NCBI GenBank assembly: GCA_002633005.1
Contig: NMRA01000390.1
Span: 83,544-147,543, forward strand
Source of the DNA: Phoronis australis
Taxonomy: Eukaryota; Animalia; Phoronida
Direction of reading: 5' to 3'
DNA length: 64,000 bases
The notes beneath the pieces are model-generated. The model saw only the letters and a list, made by a program, of their open reading frames with translations. It ran no database searches and was not told the origin of the DNA. This document shows, one piece after another, positions 1-14,500 of this stretch. Both the position numbers and the translations under genes were made by a program. Numbering within the stretch: the first letter of the stretch is position 1; each line of letters starts with the position of its first letter.

Positions 1-2596
1 TGCGCCGTGTTCCGAATTTGACACTTGAAATTGGATCTGAGCCCCCCCTCCCCCCAAACACACTAAAAGTGCACACATTCAAATCTTGTTTCAGCAGTAT
101 AATGTTAATTACCTGGGTTCATTAATAAACTCCACATTTCCCTTCGCTCTTGCTGTTTTGTTTTTTTTTGCGGCAGCCAAGGGGGGGAGAGGGGGTGCCC
201 CCCTAAATCTGCCTATGAGATCGACTCAAATTGACGGGCATTACGGCCTTTAAATAAAATAACTAACTAGAGAAGATTCTCGCCGTAAAATCCAACGCGT
301 ATTTCCGTAGGTCGGAAGGCCTATTTATTGACAAAAATCGCTGTAGAAAAACCTTCCCAATGCCGGGCACTAGTCAATTTTAATTCCGTCAGTGGCCGGG
401 ATAACATGGGTGGCGCACCACACGGGGATATAGCCCCACTTTTTCAGTGCTGCGCGGCCCATGGATACAGTACATGGTTACAAATAAAATTCACGAATGC
501 GTTCGATTTTTAAAACGCAACTTTTTGTTCACAGTTTAGTGTTGCTTTCTCACGTATCGCTTTCCTTTCGTTTTTTCATCTACATAAAACTCCATACGAC
601 CCAAAACAGTGTCAAAGCTAATTAGTCCATCAGAACATGAACACAAGCTCTTTTGAAAACTAATTAGTTGTCGTCCACGCCACTACAGGCCAGGTATAAC
701 AACGAAAGAGTTTGCAGCTAAGTTACATTTCAGTGATGGAATAGACTGCAGTGAATACGGGGTATTCAAAAAGTTTTATTATACAAACTAAGTAAAATGA
801 TAAAGATGATTGGCTTTGTTTTCGTTTTTTAGCAACTTTGCTACGAGTCAGGCATTTTAAAAACAGAAGAGGCGGCAATTCTCCTAATTTAACGATTGAT
901 AAATAACTGAAAAGAATTTCCTGGAACGCGATTACATTTTCAAGGCATTGATCAGTGATTAACATAACAATGTTGGAAATCAGTGTAGCCTACCGTTTGC
1001 ACAGCAATGGCATGAAAGTCCACCACACGAAAGCACGAACGGAGATAAACGCGATTGAAGTTGAACGAGTAGCTGGTCTAATTGGCCTTTACTGCAACAA
1101 ATTCAGTCACAGAATGGCCTTTCCGTGATGGGATTCTACTTCCGTTGAACGAGAACACCGAATCAAGGAATCCCTTGCAAATTCATAAAAGCAAGTATGA
1201 GATCCGCAGATTTTATCAGCGTGAAAGGTCCAAATCAAATTTCGTTTTTGGCTACTTTAAAGAGGCGATGCATATTCCACAATTTAACATGGCCGCTAAA
1301 CAGTGACGAATGATCGCGTTATTCAGCACTACCGGGATATAGGCCTGCTACTTCACTGTTTTATTTCTCGTCTTACACTATTAGGCCGCTAAAACAAAAC
1401 AGATAAGTCAATTACACCTGTGTCAGTATCTCGTTTTGCTTTTCAGGGAGTACAGTTGAATAAAGGATCTCAGGCGCCAGTCAAATCTTACAAGGGGCAG
1501 CCAATCGGAATGTAAAATAGGCCGACGTGTATTTTGATGTAAAGACCAACGTGAAGCCTTCAAAAGTTGGGCGAATGAGGGGTTTAGGAATGATAACGGT
1601 CGAGTCAGTATCCAGTAGCCAGGTCGCTATATATAAACCTCATTCTTCGACGTTAAAAACGACTTTCTTCAAAGGAGCATTGAAGTTTCCTAAGCAACGT
1701 CACAAGTTCTCAATCATTCATTACAATAAACACCATCACAGTGCATACAATGAATGGCCGTCCGGTATTCTCACGCTTAGAAATCAGCAAGAAATAGTTT
1801 TCGAGCTTTGGCATACAAATGTGTTGACCCGCGGGGCCAGCCACTTGAATAGGAGACCACATCCACATAGGGCCTGTATGCGAAAGTTTACCGTCGACCC
1901 GGCCGCAAATCCCGGCTGGCCCCGGGTCACCGTGTATTTCGAACGATGGCCAGAAACCGTGGACTAATAAAACCAAGTTACTTTTAGACAGAAAGGACAC
2001 GTTGAAGGTTATGTAGGACCTTATTGACAATTCGACGCATTTTGCAAAGTATCTACATATTATTTTGTATATTTTCTGAAAATAGAAGCCTGTCGAATTT
2101 GATTTTCGTCTCTTTGCCAACCTGTCATTTATTGGGTCATGCGAGCATATTTTTTCAGTAAAATTCAGTTTAAAAAAAACTGACAGCAGAACTCCCAATG
2201 AACATATCAGATTTTATTTCACATAAATGCTCAGCCACGATGGGATCTCAAAAACACTGTTACAATTTTGTAAAATATCATTTCGTTTCATGCAACATTT
2301 TATCACAAAAATCATAAAAATACTACTTTAGATAGCTCTTGCAAAATGGAAAATTTTAAAAACAATTTCAAATCACTTTGGAGAATATTACATAGTACCT
2401 GAAAGTTTCATATGAATCCGAACCGCCATTCCCACGATATGGTGTTCCGAAATAAGCCACATCAGTCTGGGCGTTGTTCATGAATTTAAACCAACTCAAG
2501 ACAGAAATTTGGGTTTGCGCTCCGCACAACTCTCACTAGAGCAATTAAAAGTCTCTTGGACACGTAACTGCTAGTCACTGGCTTCTAGATTTCTAG

Positions 2597-2887
2597 ATTG
2601 TGATGCGCTCATAACTGCCGGATAAAATCTTTATTGTGATGCGCTCATAACTGCTGGATAAAACCTTTATTGTGATGCGCTCATAACTGCTGGATAAAAC
2701 CTTTATTGTGATGCGCTCATAACTGCTGGATAAAACCTTTATTGTGATGCGCTCATAACTGCTGGATAACCCCTTTATTGTGATGCGCTCATAATTGCTG
2801 GATAAACCCTTTATTGTGATGCGCTCAAAACTGCTGGATAAAACCTTTATTGTGATGCTCTCATAATTGCTGGATAAAACCTTTATT
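2597..2887. repeat. 36-bp tandem repeat, about 8 copies
   Basis: unit attgtgatgcgctcataactgctggataaaaccttt repeated head-to-tail with no spacers. Confidence 0.95.
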
Positions 2888-3104
2888 TAGCAACTGTGAA
2901 GTAGGAGCGTCACACCAAATTCTTGTCTTACGTCACTTTCATGAAACAAAACTACACACCTCAGTGCTGATCTGAGAAATTATCCAAACCTTCTGTCTTC
3001 CTGCTTTCTAATTTTGTTGAGCCCATTACAAACAAGCAAATCCATGGCAACAGATTTGACCCCAAAAAAATAAAAAACAATACTCAGTACATACACGTTT
3101 TAAG

Positions 3105-3110
3105 TTTATT
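3105..3110 (-). terminator. probable polyadenylation signal for PDE9 (implies a ~2.3 kb 3' UTR)
   Basis: AATAAA on the minus strand followed about 25-45 nt downstream by a GT/T-rich tract (tattgttttttattttttt). Confidence 0.5.
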
Positions 3111-4408
3111 AACACTGAAAAACAAGAGATTTACAAAGGCTTTGTCACATACACATATAATATAGTAGAAATGGTGTGGAACAGTGATGTTGGAAGGTAG
3201 ACACAGGTATGCAACACATGACAACATAAACAAAGCAAAACAAGTTATCATTAGCTTAAACATTGAATGATAGCCAAGTGAGGAGAATATATTCAACTGT
3301 AATCATGTGACCATGAACTTAGAAGGAAAAAGAGCTCTCACAAACAGTGAATAAATTAGTACACGTTTACTCATTAAAAGAAATAAATAGTCCTTGTTTA
3401 AAAATATAAAATATATATTATGGTACACTTAACTGTTTTACACTAGATTTTCACACGTTTTAACAAAAATATAGAGCAAGAAATAAATAACTCCTTATCT
3501 CACACTCGTGTGATGCCTTGACATCCATCACTGCTCAGACAGTCAAAAGTTGTATACATGGCTGACATAAAGATGGACATAATCTGGTGACACTTAGTGC
3601 AGACTAACCTGATCTCAACATATAAATATGTGACAAGTACAGTGTTGTATGAAAAATATCAGATACTAGGAAAATATCGCCTCTTAATGAAATACTCAAC
3701 ATTTATTTGACAGTGCTAGTTATTTTCTTAACACAAAATAAACCACACACAGGGTATAGGGAAGTAATACTGAAACAGTATAACACACCAAACCTTGTTA
3801 ATAAGTGTTAAACGTGGTACAACATTGTCCTGTAAGCCTACTAGCTGTCTACTCATGTAACCCTAGATAAGGTGAACACAGCAAACATCTTGACAAACTT
3901 TGCACAACGAGTCATTGCAATTGCAGTGGAAGGTAACATTGCTTTAAAAGATGTTAGCAATTTCTTTGCAAAACCAGTACCTAAAATCATTTAAAGAACG
4001 AATCCCCTGTTTTGGTGCGCTGAGAAGCAAACATCTTACAACCTCAGAATTGCCATATACTTGTGTTATTCATCATAATTGGAACTACTGCAATGCGGGA
4101 AATGCCGAATGGCTGAAACTTGGAATAATTAACGACAACAACATGGATGTAAACAGTGCAAGATTCCCCTATCACTCATTGAGTTTCTAGTAAACAAGTA
4201 ACTATAACAGAACTGCTCTCCTCAATCAATTAAAGGGATACTAAGCTCAGATTTGGATTTTTGACGAAGATCAACACAGACTTGACACTTAAATCTTTGA
4301 AAGACAACACAGTTCTGCGGACTCATGCCAATTCTTAAGTTTAGTTGAAGTTCAACAACTACTTTGAAAATATGTAAGTGTAAGTAACACCTCAGCAAGT
4401 TAATGTTC

Positions 4409-4523
4409 AGCTGTGGGGAGAGGTCACAGCTGTGGGGAGAGGTCACAGCTGTGGGGAGAGGTCACAGCTGTGGGGAGAGGTCACAGCTGTGGGGAGAGGT
4501 CACAGCTGTGGAGAGAGGTCACA
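4409..4523. repeat. 19-bp minisatellite, about 6 copies, inside the putative 3' UTR
   Basis: unit cagctgtggggagaggtca. Confidence 0.95.
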
Positions 4524-5402
4524 CCTCTCCAACCAACAATTACATTTTGTTACTGTGTGAGAAGGGTTTCAACTGAATAATGATTTTATCATTACAAGTA
4601 AGTATTAATTACAGGTGACAGAAGCAATTTTCAGTAAAATCACCAAAACAAAACTTCGTATCCTTTTAAGTTGGGAATTTTCCTAGTTAAATTTGCTTGC
4701 AAATTTGGCAAAACCAACTTCATATTTCGTTCCAGGGATGGAACCTTTGCCCTGAACTCAAGATATTTTGTGCAGTTTTCATCGAATTTTTACAGATGGA
4801 CAGCACATAATGCAAAAAGCTGATTACACTTAAAATTAAACATTCATTCCAAATGACAGCAGGATCGTCCATGAAAAGTTTGGTAGAATTCATTAAAAAA
4901 CCCAGTTCTTCAGGATTCCTTTCATATCGCCACGACAACAAGTAGACACACAACAAGAATAGAATATTTAATGCGTACGCATAGTCCCAAAGTGTTCTGC
5001 ACTGTATGAAACCATAAAAAAATTACTCGAGTTGTAATACTTGCCGATAATTATCAAAGTTTCAATGCTAATTCAAAACACGACATTCAATTTTGAGCCA
5101 GGAAGATTTACAATATTTCAATACAGTAACCTACTTGTTTTTCCCAGGTCGAAAATTGCTCGAATGCCAGGTTGACTGAGTTCAGTTATGTCATCTAGTA
5201 GTATGATTTTTAACACTGTGGTCCTTATTTCAAACCCTGCTTTTGGAGAGACTTTATGAGTATTTCCACAATCACCCTAAGAGTAAACGACAAATTTTAC
5301 CAATTACTAAATATTATGTTAAGAAATAACACCCAGTTCATCTAATTCTTCGCATACAGGAACACGGTCTATGTCTCCTGAAATACTGACATCCAGGACT
5401 TC

Positions 5403-5555
5403 TCATGACGTCTTGGTCTTCCCTGTAGTGATCCCATTTTTATGTCCATTCATCATGTCCTTAGAGTCATTTTTCTTTGCTGTTTGTTCTTCCATAGCCT
5501 TTTGCATCTCCGTATAATACGCCAAGGCATGCTTCACAGGGTCTAGGACATGTTC
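5403..5555 (-). CDS. PDE9: PDE9 last coding exon ([24 protein letters not shown]...KTS*)
   Basis: ttttcag acceptor, phase 0, TGA stop at 5403-5405; resembles the PDE9 C-terminal helix. Confidence 0.88.
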   Translation of the reverse strand, partial: EHVLDPVKHALAYYTEMQKAMEEQTAKKNDSKDMMNGHKNGITTGKTKTS

Positions 5556-8500
5556 CTGAAAATATTTGACATGAAATGATACTTCACAGAAGCAAGTATT
5601 ACACAATGTTTGCACTTGTAATTCTAGCTCTAATTGCAAGCCAAGTATTACATGATGTAATTCTAACCCTGATTACAAGCTAACCACTAACTATTGCAAG
5701 CTAACCACTAAGTATTACAAGCTAACCACTAACTAACAACTGCACAAAGCCCTATACAAGCAAACACATCAACTGTTCTACCAATCCATTATGTCACATC
5801 AAGATGTTTACAAATAATTTATTACTATCAAACTGTATCACAAAAACCCTCCACATTTCTTAAGAGGTCGAAGTTAGTAAGCAAAGTTTGCCATTACCAA
5901 ATCAACTTTACAGTCTGTTGTAGTTGTCTTGGAATTTGTGGAATTGAACGTTATCACTGAATGTCTTAAACCAGATTAATTGTAATGCAGTTTGACTCTA
6001 TTGTATCAAACAACACATGGACGTATCAGGGCTCAAACAATTTACACCAAACCAATGAAGTAGCTGAATACCTACATCGACAATATATATCTTATTTGAT
6101 ACTGACTTCATTCTGCAGAAATGTACTATTGCATGAAAACAATGTTCAGTTGAGTTTGCAGCTTAAATGGGAAGAGTAATCTCAAAGGCACTCTTTTAAA
6201 TCATAACACAGTTCTCAATTAACATTTTCTGGAAACCACAATTTCTTTAAAACACATCACCAAAAACGTTTGAGAATCACTTTCATGCAGCCTCTGAAAA
6301 AAATCTGTTTTCATAGACACTTTTCATCAATTAAAGAATGTAACCCTTGGTAACCAAGGTATTCAGTCTGCAGTACACTGAGAAACTATCTAATGGCAAC
6401 ATTCATATACAGCATTCACATACAACAATTATTGCACAACAAATTTAGCTAATGAAAAGAGGAGCCTCCACAAATCCCATACAGTCAACAGGCACTGAGC
6501 ACAGTTAGGCAAGGATGGGTTTTGTGCTTTGTTAAACAATAGAAATTCTGTCAGACTAGTTTGAAGATGTACAACTCAGTACGGGTTCATTTACACTGTC
6601 AGGTTCATAACAGGAAAAATAGTCAAAGAGTTGTGCATTGTTCAACGTCAACTATCGACTATGCTATATCACTGTCATCGAAGGAAAACTTACAAAAATG
6701 CCAGTGAAAAATACAAACTTTCTCCTACCATCAAAGATCTATGTCTAGTACAAAAATAAACAACAGTCACTTAAAAGTTCTGGACTTATTTCGAACCGGT
6801 TCGATATCAGTTTTAAAAAATATTTTTGTGGAAAAATACTTCTCAACATGCGAGACCCCTGTTAGTGACCGTATCCCGAAAATATACATACCACTATATT
6901 GATTTGGGGATGAAATTTAAGGAAAAGGTCCCAATCCTACACAAGTGTATTTGTAGATTATAATTATTCCATAACACTGCTTAAACCTTGCTGTATTTTT
7001 GTCATACATTCGATAAATTATTTATCAACCTTATGTAGAAGGACTGTCAGACTCTTGAAAAACTGTCCAGTTATAGAGTAGTGACAGGACATACATTCCA
7101 GGGGAAGAGAAATCAACATGGAAAAATATATTTCCAAGATTATCAAGAATGTGTATTTACTACTAAATATGACATCGGACACAGCAGTGCAAGGCTGAAC
7201 AGTCATGGTAGAAGAACATAACACTACTGGGAGTTAGAACTAAGGAAGCTTTAAAAAAGCTGACCAGTCCTTTTGTATCAAGAAAAACATCTTTTGAATG
7301 TAACTCAAGTGCAGTTATCAAAAATTCCACATTTTCCTCGACACGTTTCAACATCTCAAATATCCTTAGTTATACAGTAGCCAGTCATATACCTCTAAAC
7401 ACAACACATACTGGTACACAAACTACAACAAGGTACTAATAGGTACCCTAAATGATTTTTAAATGATTTAAACAAGAATTTTGATGAAGCAATATGACAG
7501 AACTACTAAGCTGAAGAAAAATGATACTTTGTTTAACAGAATTGGTTGATAAATAAGAAAGTTATGTGACACTTCAGGCTGCATTGGCCACATAAGCATG
7601 TTAGGGACCACTTCAATTTCAATTCTAGAATATTCCATAAAAACCCAAATGCTTTAAATGATGTAACCACCATTCATCCATACTATCATCACAGCAAAGA
7701 CGAAAATCCCGTGTTCATTAGTTTTCTAATCACTGGTTTAGAGAAAAACAGTAAAACAATCAAATTTGCTCCTGAAGAATTATCAGTCAATTATAAATGA
7801 ATATTCATGCAGGTAAAAGTACATTTTTGCACAATTTTTCAATTGAGTTCTACATCTAGGATAAGTCAATTTTTACTGGCCAATAAGACCTCTGAAATTT
7901 GGGAGAAATATTGGTCTGGTAATGCTTCTGACTCAAAGTACCATAATGATAATACAATTCTGGTGCAGTTTTTTAAAAATGATACCATATTGATTATTAG
8001 ATAGCCTCTTTCTGCAGTTCTCGTATTGTCTAAACAATACTCCTTGTGTGCGGACCGCATATGTGTAGTAACTCTCCGAGTCACATGGTTAAAACAACAA
8101 ACGATAGAAGTTGTTTTAAAAATTATATTTGATCGCAGTACTTCAAAATTGTACACTACATTCATTATATTAGATCGCAGTGCCATTTACACATTACAAA
8201 AGTTGACAGGGATCAGCTTACACAGAACTAGTTGTTCCAGCGCAAGTATGTGTGTAAACAGGACTGAACTGGAGCAAATTGACACCGCGGTGCCAACTTT
8301 TGCCACCCGTTTGTGAGGTAGAGCAATTTGCGCTAGAACATCTTGCTCCGTGTCATTATGTGTCTTAAAACGAAACTGGGGCAAGGCGGAAAGGATCATC
8401 TCTACTGTGCTAGTGTAATGACCTCTTTGTCACTTCAACTCCTGTGATTTGTAAACCTGCGCGTGTGTGATACACTCTCCAGCCTACAACTTCAGTCATG

Positions 8501-11500
8501 CCACAGTTAGTGAGTTGTGTGTGTAAACGGAAGCTTGACACTGATCAATTTGCTCCGTGTCAGTTGTGCCGGGCCAAAACTTGATGTCTAAACAGGACTG
8601 TCTTATGATGCACAGATTCAAAATGGTACTTGAAAGCACCATTTTGTAAGTGATAGGACAACCTGTGCGAAAGTGAACACAAAGTCTGGCCAACGTAACA
8701 CTGTCTATTGGCAGAATGAAGACATTCATTCTCAGGGGATGTAAATTGGTAACCAACACTACATTTGCTTAACATTCCCTCTGGTCTTTTACTCATTTGT
8801 TCTTTATGACAACCCTATGAGTTTTAATATTCTGGTAAATACACAAATATTTTAAGTCTATCACCAAATTTAACAATTATAATGTACAATTTTCTTAATG
8901 ACTCTCTCTGACTTGTACCTAATTATCACCCATATGGTAGCGGTAGTATACAGTTTGAGTTTTAGCACCACTCACTGGTGGCTCTGAGACTAATTTACAC
9001 ATAAACTGCTGGATTTGCCTGTCTGTCATTCTCTTAGACTAACTGTTGTTTACAAGACCTATTTAAAGCAAGATCATAGTTCATTATTAAATAAATCCCA
9101 GCAAAGAACAACTTGAGTAAAAGACCAGAGGGACTGTTAATCAAATGTAGCATTTTCTACCAATTTCTGCATACCCTGAGAATGAATGTTTTCATTTTAC
9201 TTATAGACAGCGATATGTTGGCCAGACTTTGTGTTCACTTTCGCGCAGGTTGTCCTATATTTCATAGAAAGGTGCTATCACATACCATTTTGAATCTGTA
9301 CTTCATAGAAGAGTGTCATGGAAAGAGAAGATAACATTGTTGTCAGGTACAATAGAGAATGATATACAAAGATTGTTATTACTTGAGTCATTATCATATT
9401 GATGTACAGGCTGCAGTAAGGCACTGGTATTTAATTATTCAGTATTAGTCTCATCTGCTGTGCCCACTGGCTGGCTGTTGTCCTATTGATGTTATAGGCT
9501 CTGATCCCTTGCTATGCCAAGTACCCTGTTGCTATGTTGTGAAGTACTGTAATCTACTAAAATTTTTAAAACAAATTTTGGATCGTATGTTGTTTTAACG
9601 ATGTCGCCCAGGGAGGTCTGCACAGATGTGATCTGCACACAAGTAGTATTTTTAGACAATACAAGAAATGCATCTACTCCACAATCAAAGTCATATCGTT
9701 TTGAACAAACTCTGCACCAGAGACACACTTTAACTGCCAAAGTATATCAAGATAATATAACTGTCCAAAAACTGCAAGACTTAGAAATTACAGAAATAAA
9801 ACCGTATTATGAAATTTTCAGTGTTTATACTTGATAATGTGCAGAACCATACAAAATAAAGCTGTCAACACAACAGTCACTGGGACACAAACTACAGTCA
9901 GGCACTATAGTAGTCAGGCACTATAGTAGTCAGACATACCACTCTAAGCACAACACACACTCTAGGACACCTTCTACTAACTGCTAATTGCAATCATCCC
10001 CTACAGCTTGGAAAAGAACAAAACATCTATCAAAATTGTCTTTGAGAAACCACATTGTGTATCAGCTGCAAGCAGATTACTTTATGAAATTGACTCAAAA
10101 CTACATTTAAAAATTTTTTCAACATTGTGAACTGGTGATTAAGAAAGAGATTTTGTTGAAAGCCACAAGTTATAAAGATCCCTGAAATATCAGACTGCTG
10201 CAGATCACACTGAGGTAATAGACAGACAGACGGACAGACAGAAAGGCAGAGAGAGAACAGTGCAAGAGTGTACACATCAAAGGGTAATACCACCAATAGT
10301 TGACACATTGTTGGACAATTTTGGTGTTATGAATTTGACAATACATTGTTGGAGTGTTTTGGTGTCATGAGGTTGACAGTTGAACAGAAAACTCAGCATT
10401 CCCTAAAGCATGCATCACATCAGTCCGCGGCACTTTTGAAAATGTGAGCCAAGGGTTGGAGCAAAAACTAGTTGCACTTAGATAAAAAACATTCACACAC
10501 CATTTTGTCAGTTGCTTAAAATTAAAACGGAATCAGTCATTGTGCCATTTAAGTGAGTCCGACACAATTTAAATTTGTCATACACATTTTTTGAGGGTCT
10601 TTGGATACACTACAAAAATGTAGGTCACCAAATTGCTTTTTCATTACAGCCGCTTAAACAGACGACCATCTTGTACAAATGTGAGCCTGTCATGGATTAC
10701 TAAAAATGTGAAACTCTCGTGGATAACTGAAAAGTCGCCTCTAATTAAATTAGTGACAGACATCATTTTGAAAACTGATTAAATTCATAATATGAGGTCA
10801 GCTTTATGTTTTAACGGCTTTAAAGGAGCATGCCACCCAAAAAACAACCTAATTTGTATCAATTTAGATAGAGTAGTTCTACTCCATAACAACGCGTACG
10901 GTTGCGTTACCTGACACCTGACGGCAGACGGAGGTGTTGAAATTATACAATGACGTCATCGGTTTCACATGCAGTCTGTTCAGCAGTTCACAACACGGGT
11001 TACTGGTGTCAGCTTATCGCTTGAAGTCATCGTTTAACACCAATAAATCACCAAACTTCGATGTAAAACCCTTAAAAATACACCAAGTTCTTATAAAAAC
11101 GTGTTGTTTTATTTCGCTCTTACGGATTTATTGGTATTTGGACACACCGTAGCCTACAAAGTTCGGCAGGCCAATAAGGTCCGTAGCAGGAGTTTGGGGT
11201 CTGTTCAGAGATAATTTCGAAGTATTTTCCGTGAGATACAGACAGGAGAACCTAGATCGGTGTTCTTTAGACTTGTGATTTTTTGAGTTCTAAACACATA
11301 ACGCTTGTTATACTGGCCAGTGGCTCGGAAACTGATCAGACATCACAAACATAAACCAGCCAAAGTTCAGTGGAAACTAAACTTCCAGTCAAGAAAATAC
11401 TATACTAGTGCACCTGATTATGTTGGTGAATTAGCCACGAAACTGCAAATCTACTTACTCGTCGGGGGTCGAGAATTTAGGTTCCGCTTTGGCCACAGCA

Positions 11501-14500
11501 CCGTCAGGGCAGAAGAGTGTACACTGACAATCATTATTTGAGTAATGTAAATGTAAATAAAGATTCCCCTAACACCTGGCCGTGGGATGAAAATCGAGTT
11601 GTTTCACAACAGTTTCTGCCAGCAAACACTAAATTAGCATGAGCTCACGCGGCCTCAGTGTCCTGTCAATTAGTTTTATTGCACCTAAAGCCGGTAACGG
11701 AGTGATTTATTCATTGCTGGCTTCTCAAATCATTTGCACTCACGAACACTCCAAAGGCATTACAAATTGCATCTAATGAGACAGGCTTTCTTTCAGTTTT
11801 ATATAAGTATTGGTTAGGGTAATAATTCATTTTGAAACAGAACACTCAGTAATAAATGCCGACATGTCAACTCGCAATCCCGACTTAGGACGAGCTAGAG
11901 CTCATCAGTCCCGACTTCGCAGGTGGATCATTAAGTTTTACAGGCTATCAATATCAATATTCAAACAGGAATACAGTGATGAAGCAATACTAGAGAGGCG
12001 CCGTGAACAAGCTCAGACAACGAAACGTATGGAGTTATTTGGTAAGCCGACATTCGTTAGTAGGCACTGTCGACGTCTGCTGGCCACAGACATGGAGAAG
12101 TTTCACGGCCTCATACTTGCTATTTACAGCGTACATTTCATTCTTCACTACCATGAGCCACTTCCTAAGCATTTCGGACTCTCGAAAAAGTAAAAAACGA
12201 TATACCCGCTTTCCGGGCAGCTGCTTAGTTCAGACAAGCGGGAACGATGCACTGCAGCATAGCGGCATTCACTCTGCATATGAACCACTGAGGTCGCTAG
12301 CGTCGTTTCTCACCTTCCTCACAGGTTAACGCGGCACCTCTTGGCAAGGTAAGGTCGACCGTATGCGAGGCGATGTGGATATAGACCAATTAAGACGGCA
12401 AAAAAAGACTAATTAAATCGGGTGGCATTCTCCTTTAATCCATCTACCCAGTTTACTGACTTTCGACTAATCACCATAATTAAAACATTTCTCTGGATGT
12501 TGAGTATCCCAGTTTCAGTGTTTTGGCTTCTAGACAAAAAGTTACACTTTGTTTTACTTCGATGCACATTGTGTTTTCTATGAAATAAGACAAAATATGG
12601 GGGGGGGTCATTGACTCAGTTTTTGAGCTATTTTAGCTCAGTGTCATAAAAGAATGTGCATGTTGGCCTTCTCAAAAACCCATTAATTTCAGGACGATGA
12701 GTACTCCCACCACATTTCATTTGGTGGTGATCATGGCATGTGGTTGGGATTGTGACATGAGTTCTGTTAGCTCTTAAAATCTATCACAATAAGTTTCTTC
12801 TTTAATAAATTCGAAACTGCAGTTTGAATTAAGCCATGTCTAATGTTTACATTTGGGGTTACCCATTGCTGAGTACGTCATTATGAAATGCGATGTTGCA
12901 AACTATTATAATTTAACACCAAAATAACAAAAACTCAACACAAAATAACCATTTTCGAAATTTTTGTAATTTGAAATAAAAAATCACATTAAGTAAGTCG
13001 ATGCCACCTCATAGGTTTTTGGCAAACTGTATTGAACTCCTTGATAGACTTTATGATTCACGACAAATACAATTTGGAAAACATGTCCATGAAACCATGC
13101 ACAGTGCATGAAGTGTGTGATGAAACCATGGAATAACCAAGCCCGCAAATAACAATGATCGTCTGGTTTTTCATAACGATGAGAGAATCATGTGTCAACA
13201 AGGTGGTATAACCCTTTATCAGGCAGTGCAGCAGTGTGTGATCATCACGGCAACACATGCACCTTACAGGCAGCAGCTAGGCGGGGATTAACTGCATGCT
13301 TGGGCCATCTGTGTGTAGTAATCAAGGGCCTGCTCAACGGGCTGGATTAAGTGAGCCTGGAAAATGGCAAACAGATAAGTGCTGACTGCTCAGCTAAGTT
13401 ATACACACATTATGGATTCAACTGTCCAGGGCGTCAACTGCGCAGGGAGTGAACTGCCCAAAGGGCCAACTCTCCAGAGCGTTAAATGTTTAGAGGGTTA
13501 ACTGTTCAGAAAGGCAACTGACCAAGGGATCAACTGTCTAAAGGGTCAAGAGGGTCAATTGTCCAAAGTTAACTGTCTAGCTGGTCAAATGTCCAAGGGT
13601 TGATTGTTCAGAGAGTCAACTGCCCAAGGAGTCAACTGTCCAGAGAATCAACTGCTAAAAGAGTCGACTATTCTCTCCAGCTGGTCAACAGTCCAAAAGG
13701 TCAACAGTTCAGAGTGTGCATTGTCTAGAGGGTCAACTGCTCAAAGGGCTGACAGTTCAGAGAATCAACTGTCCAGAGGGTCAATTGTCTAAAAGGTTGA
13801 CTGTTCAGAGCATCAACTAGAAAAAGGGTCCACTGTCAAGAGGGTCAACTGTCCAAATGGTCAACTGTCCAAACGATCAACTGTCCAGAGGGTTAACTCT
13901 TTAAAGGGTTATAACTGTCCAGAGAGGCAACTGTCTTGTCGGTTAAATGTCCGAAGGATCAACCCTTCAGAGTCTCAACTGCTCAAAGATTGAAGTGCCC
14001 AAAGGGCCAACTCTCCAAAGGGTTAACTGTCCAGATTGTTAATTGTTACCCAAAAGTTCACCTGGTCTCATTGTCAAACTATTCAAAGAGCCAAACCGTC
14101 CAGAGGGCCAATGGTTCTGAAGGTTCATTGGAAAGGACCTGACAGTTTCGTCTTACTGGCAAAATTTGAAAATAGATGAAACATTATTATCAGTATTAAA
14201 GCGTACTATGAGACAACCAAACTAAATGTGACAGTTGAATACCAGGATGAAAAAAGAATTATACAATTAATAAGAATTGATCCTGAAGGCAATATCAGCC
14301 TGAGGTTAGATTTAGACTGAGGGGTACATATGATCTTATAAGACTGAGGGATTGGTCTATTTTTAATTGTTATTTGACCACTGACTCATCTTTCCTCTGA
14401 CTTCCTTCATCTGTTGGATTGATATACTTTAACAAGGTGTGAATGCAAACACAAAAGTATAACATGGTTGACTTATGATTTGCTGGCCAGTCTTGGCCCT

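Noticed and set aside
1010-1300. Faint THAP-like translation on the minus strand in a CpG-rich region
   Set aside because: Too degenerate to support without a profile search.
1527-2198. Overlapping 146-aa and 162-aa ORFs
   Set aside because: No recognisable motifs or splice structure; likely repeat-derived chance ORFs.
2597-2887. 36-bp repeats of CRISPR-like length
   Set aside because: Units are contiguous with no unique spacers, there are no cas genes, and the context is eukaryotic.
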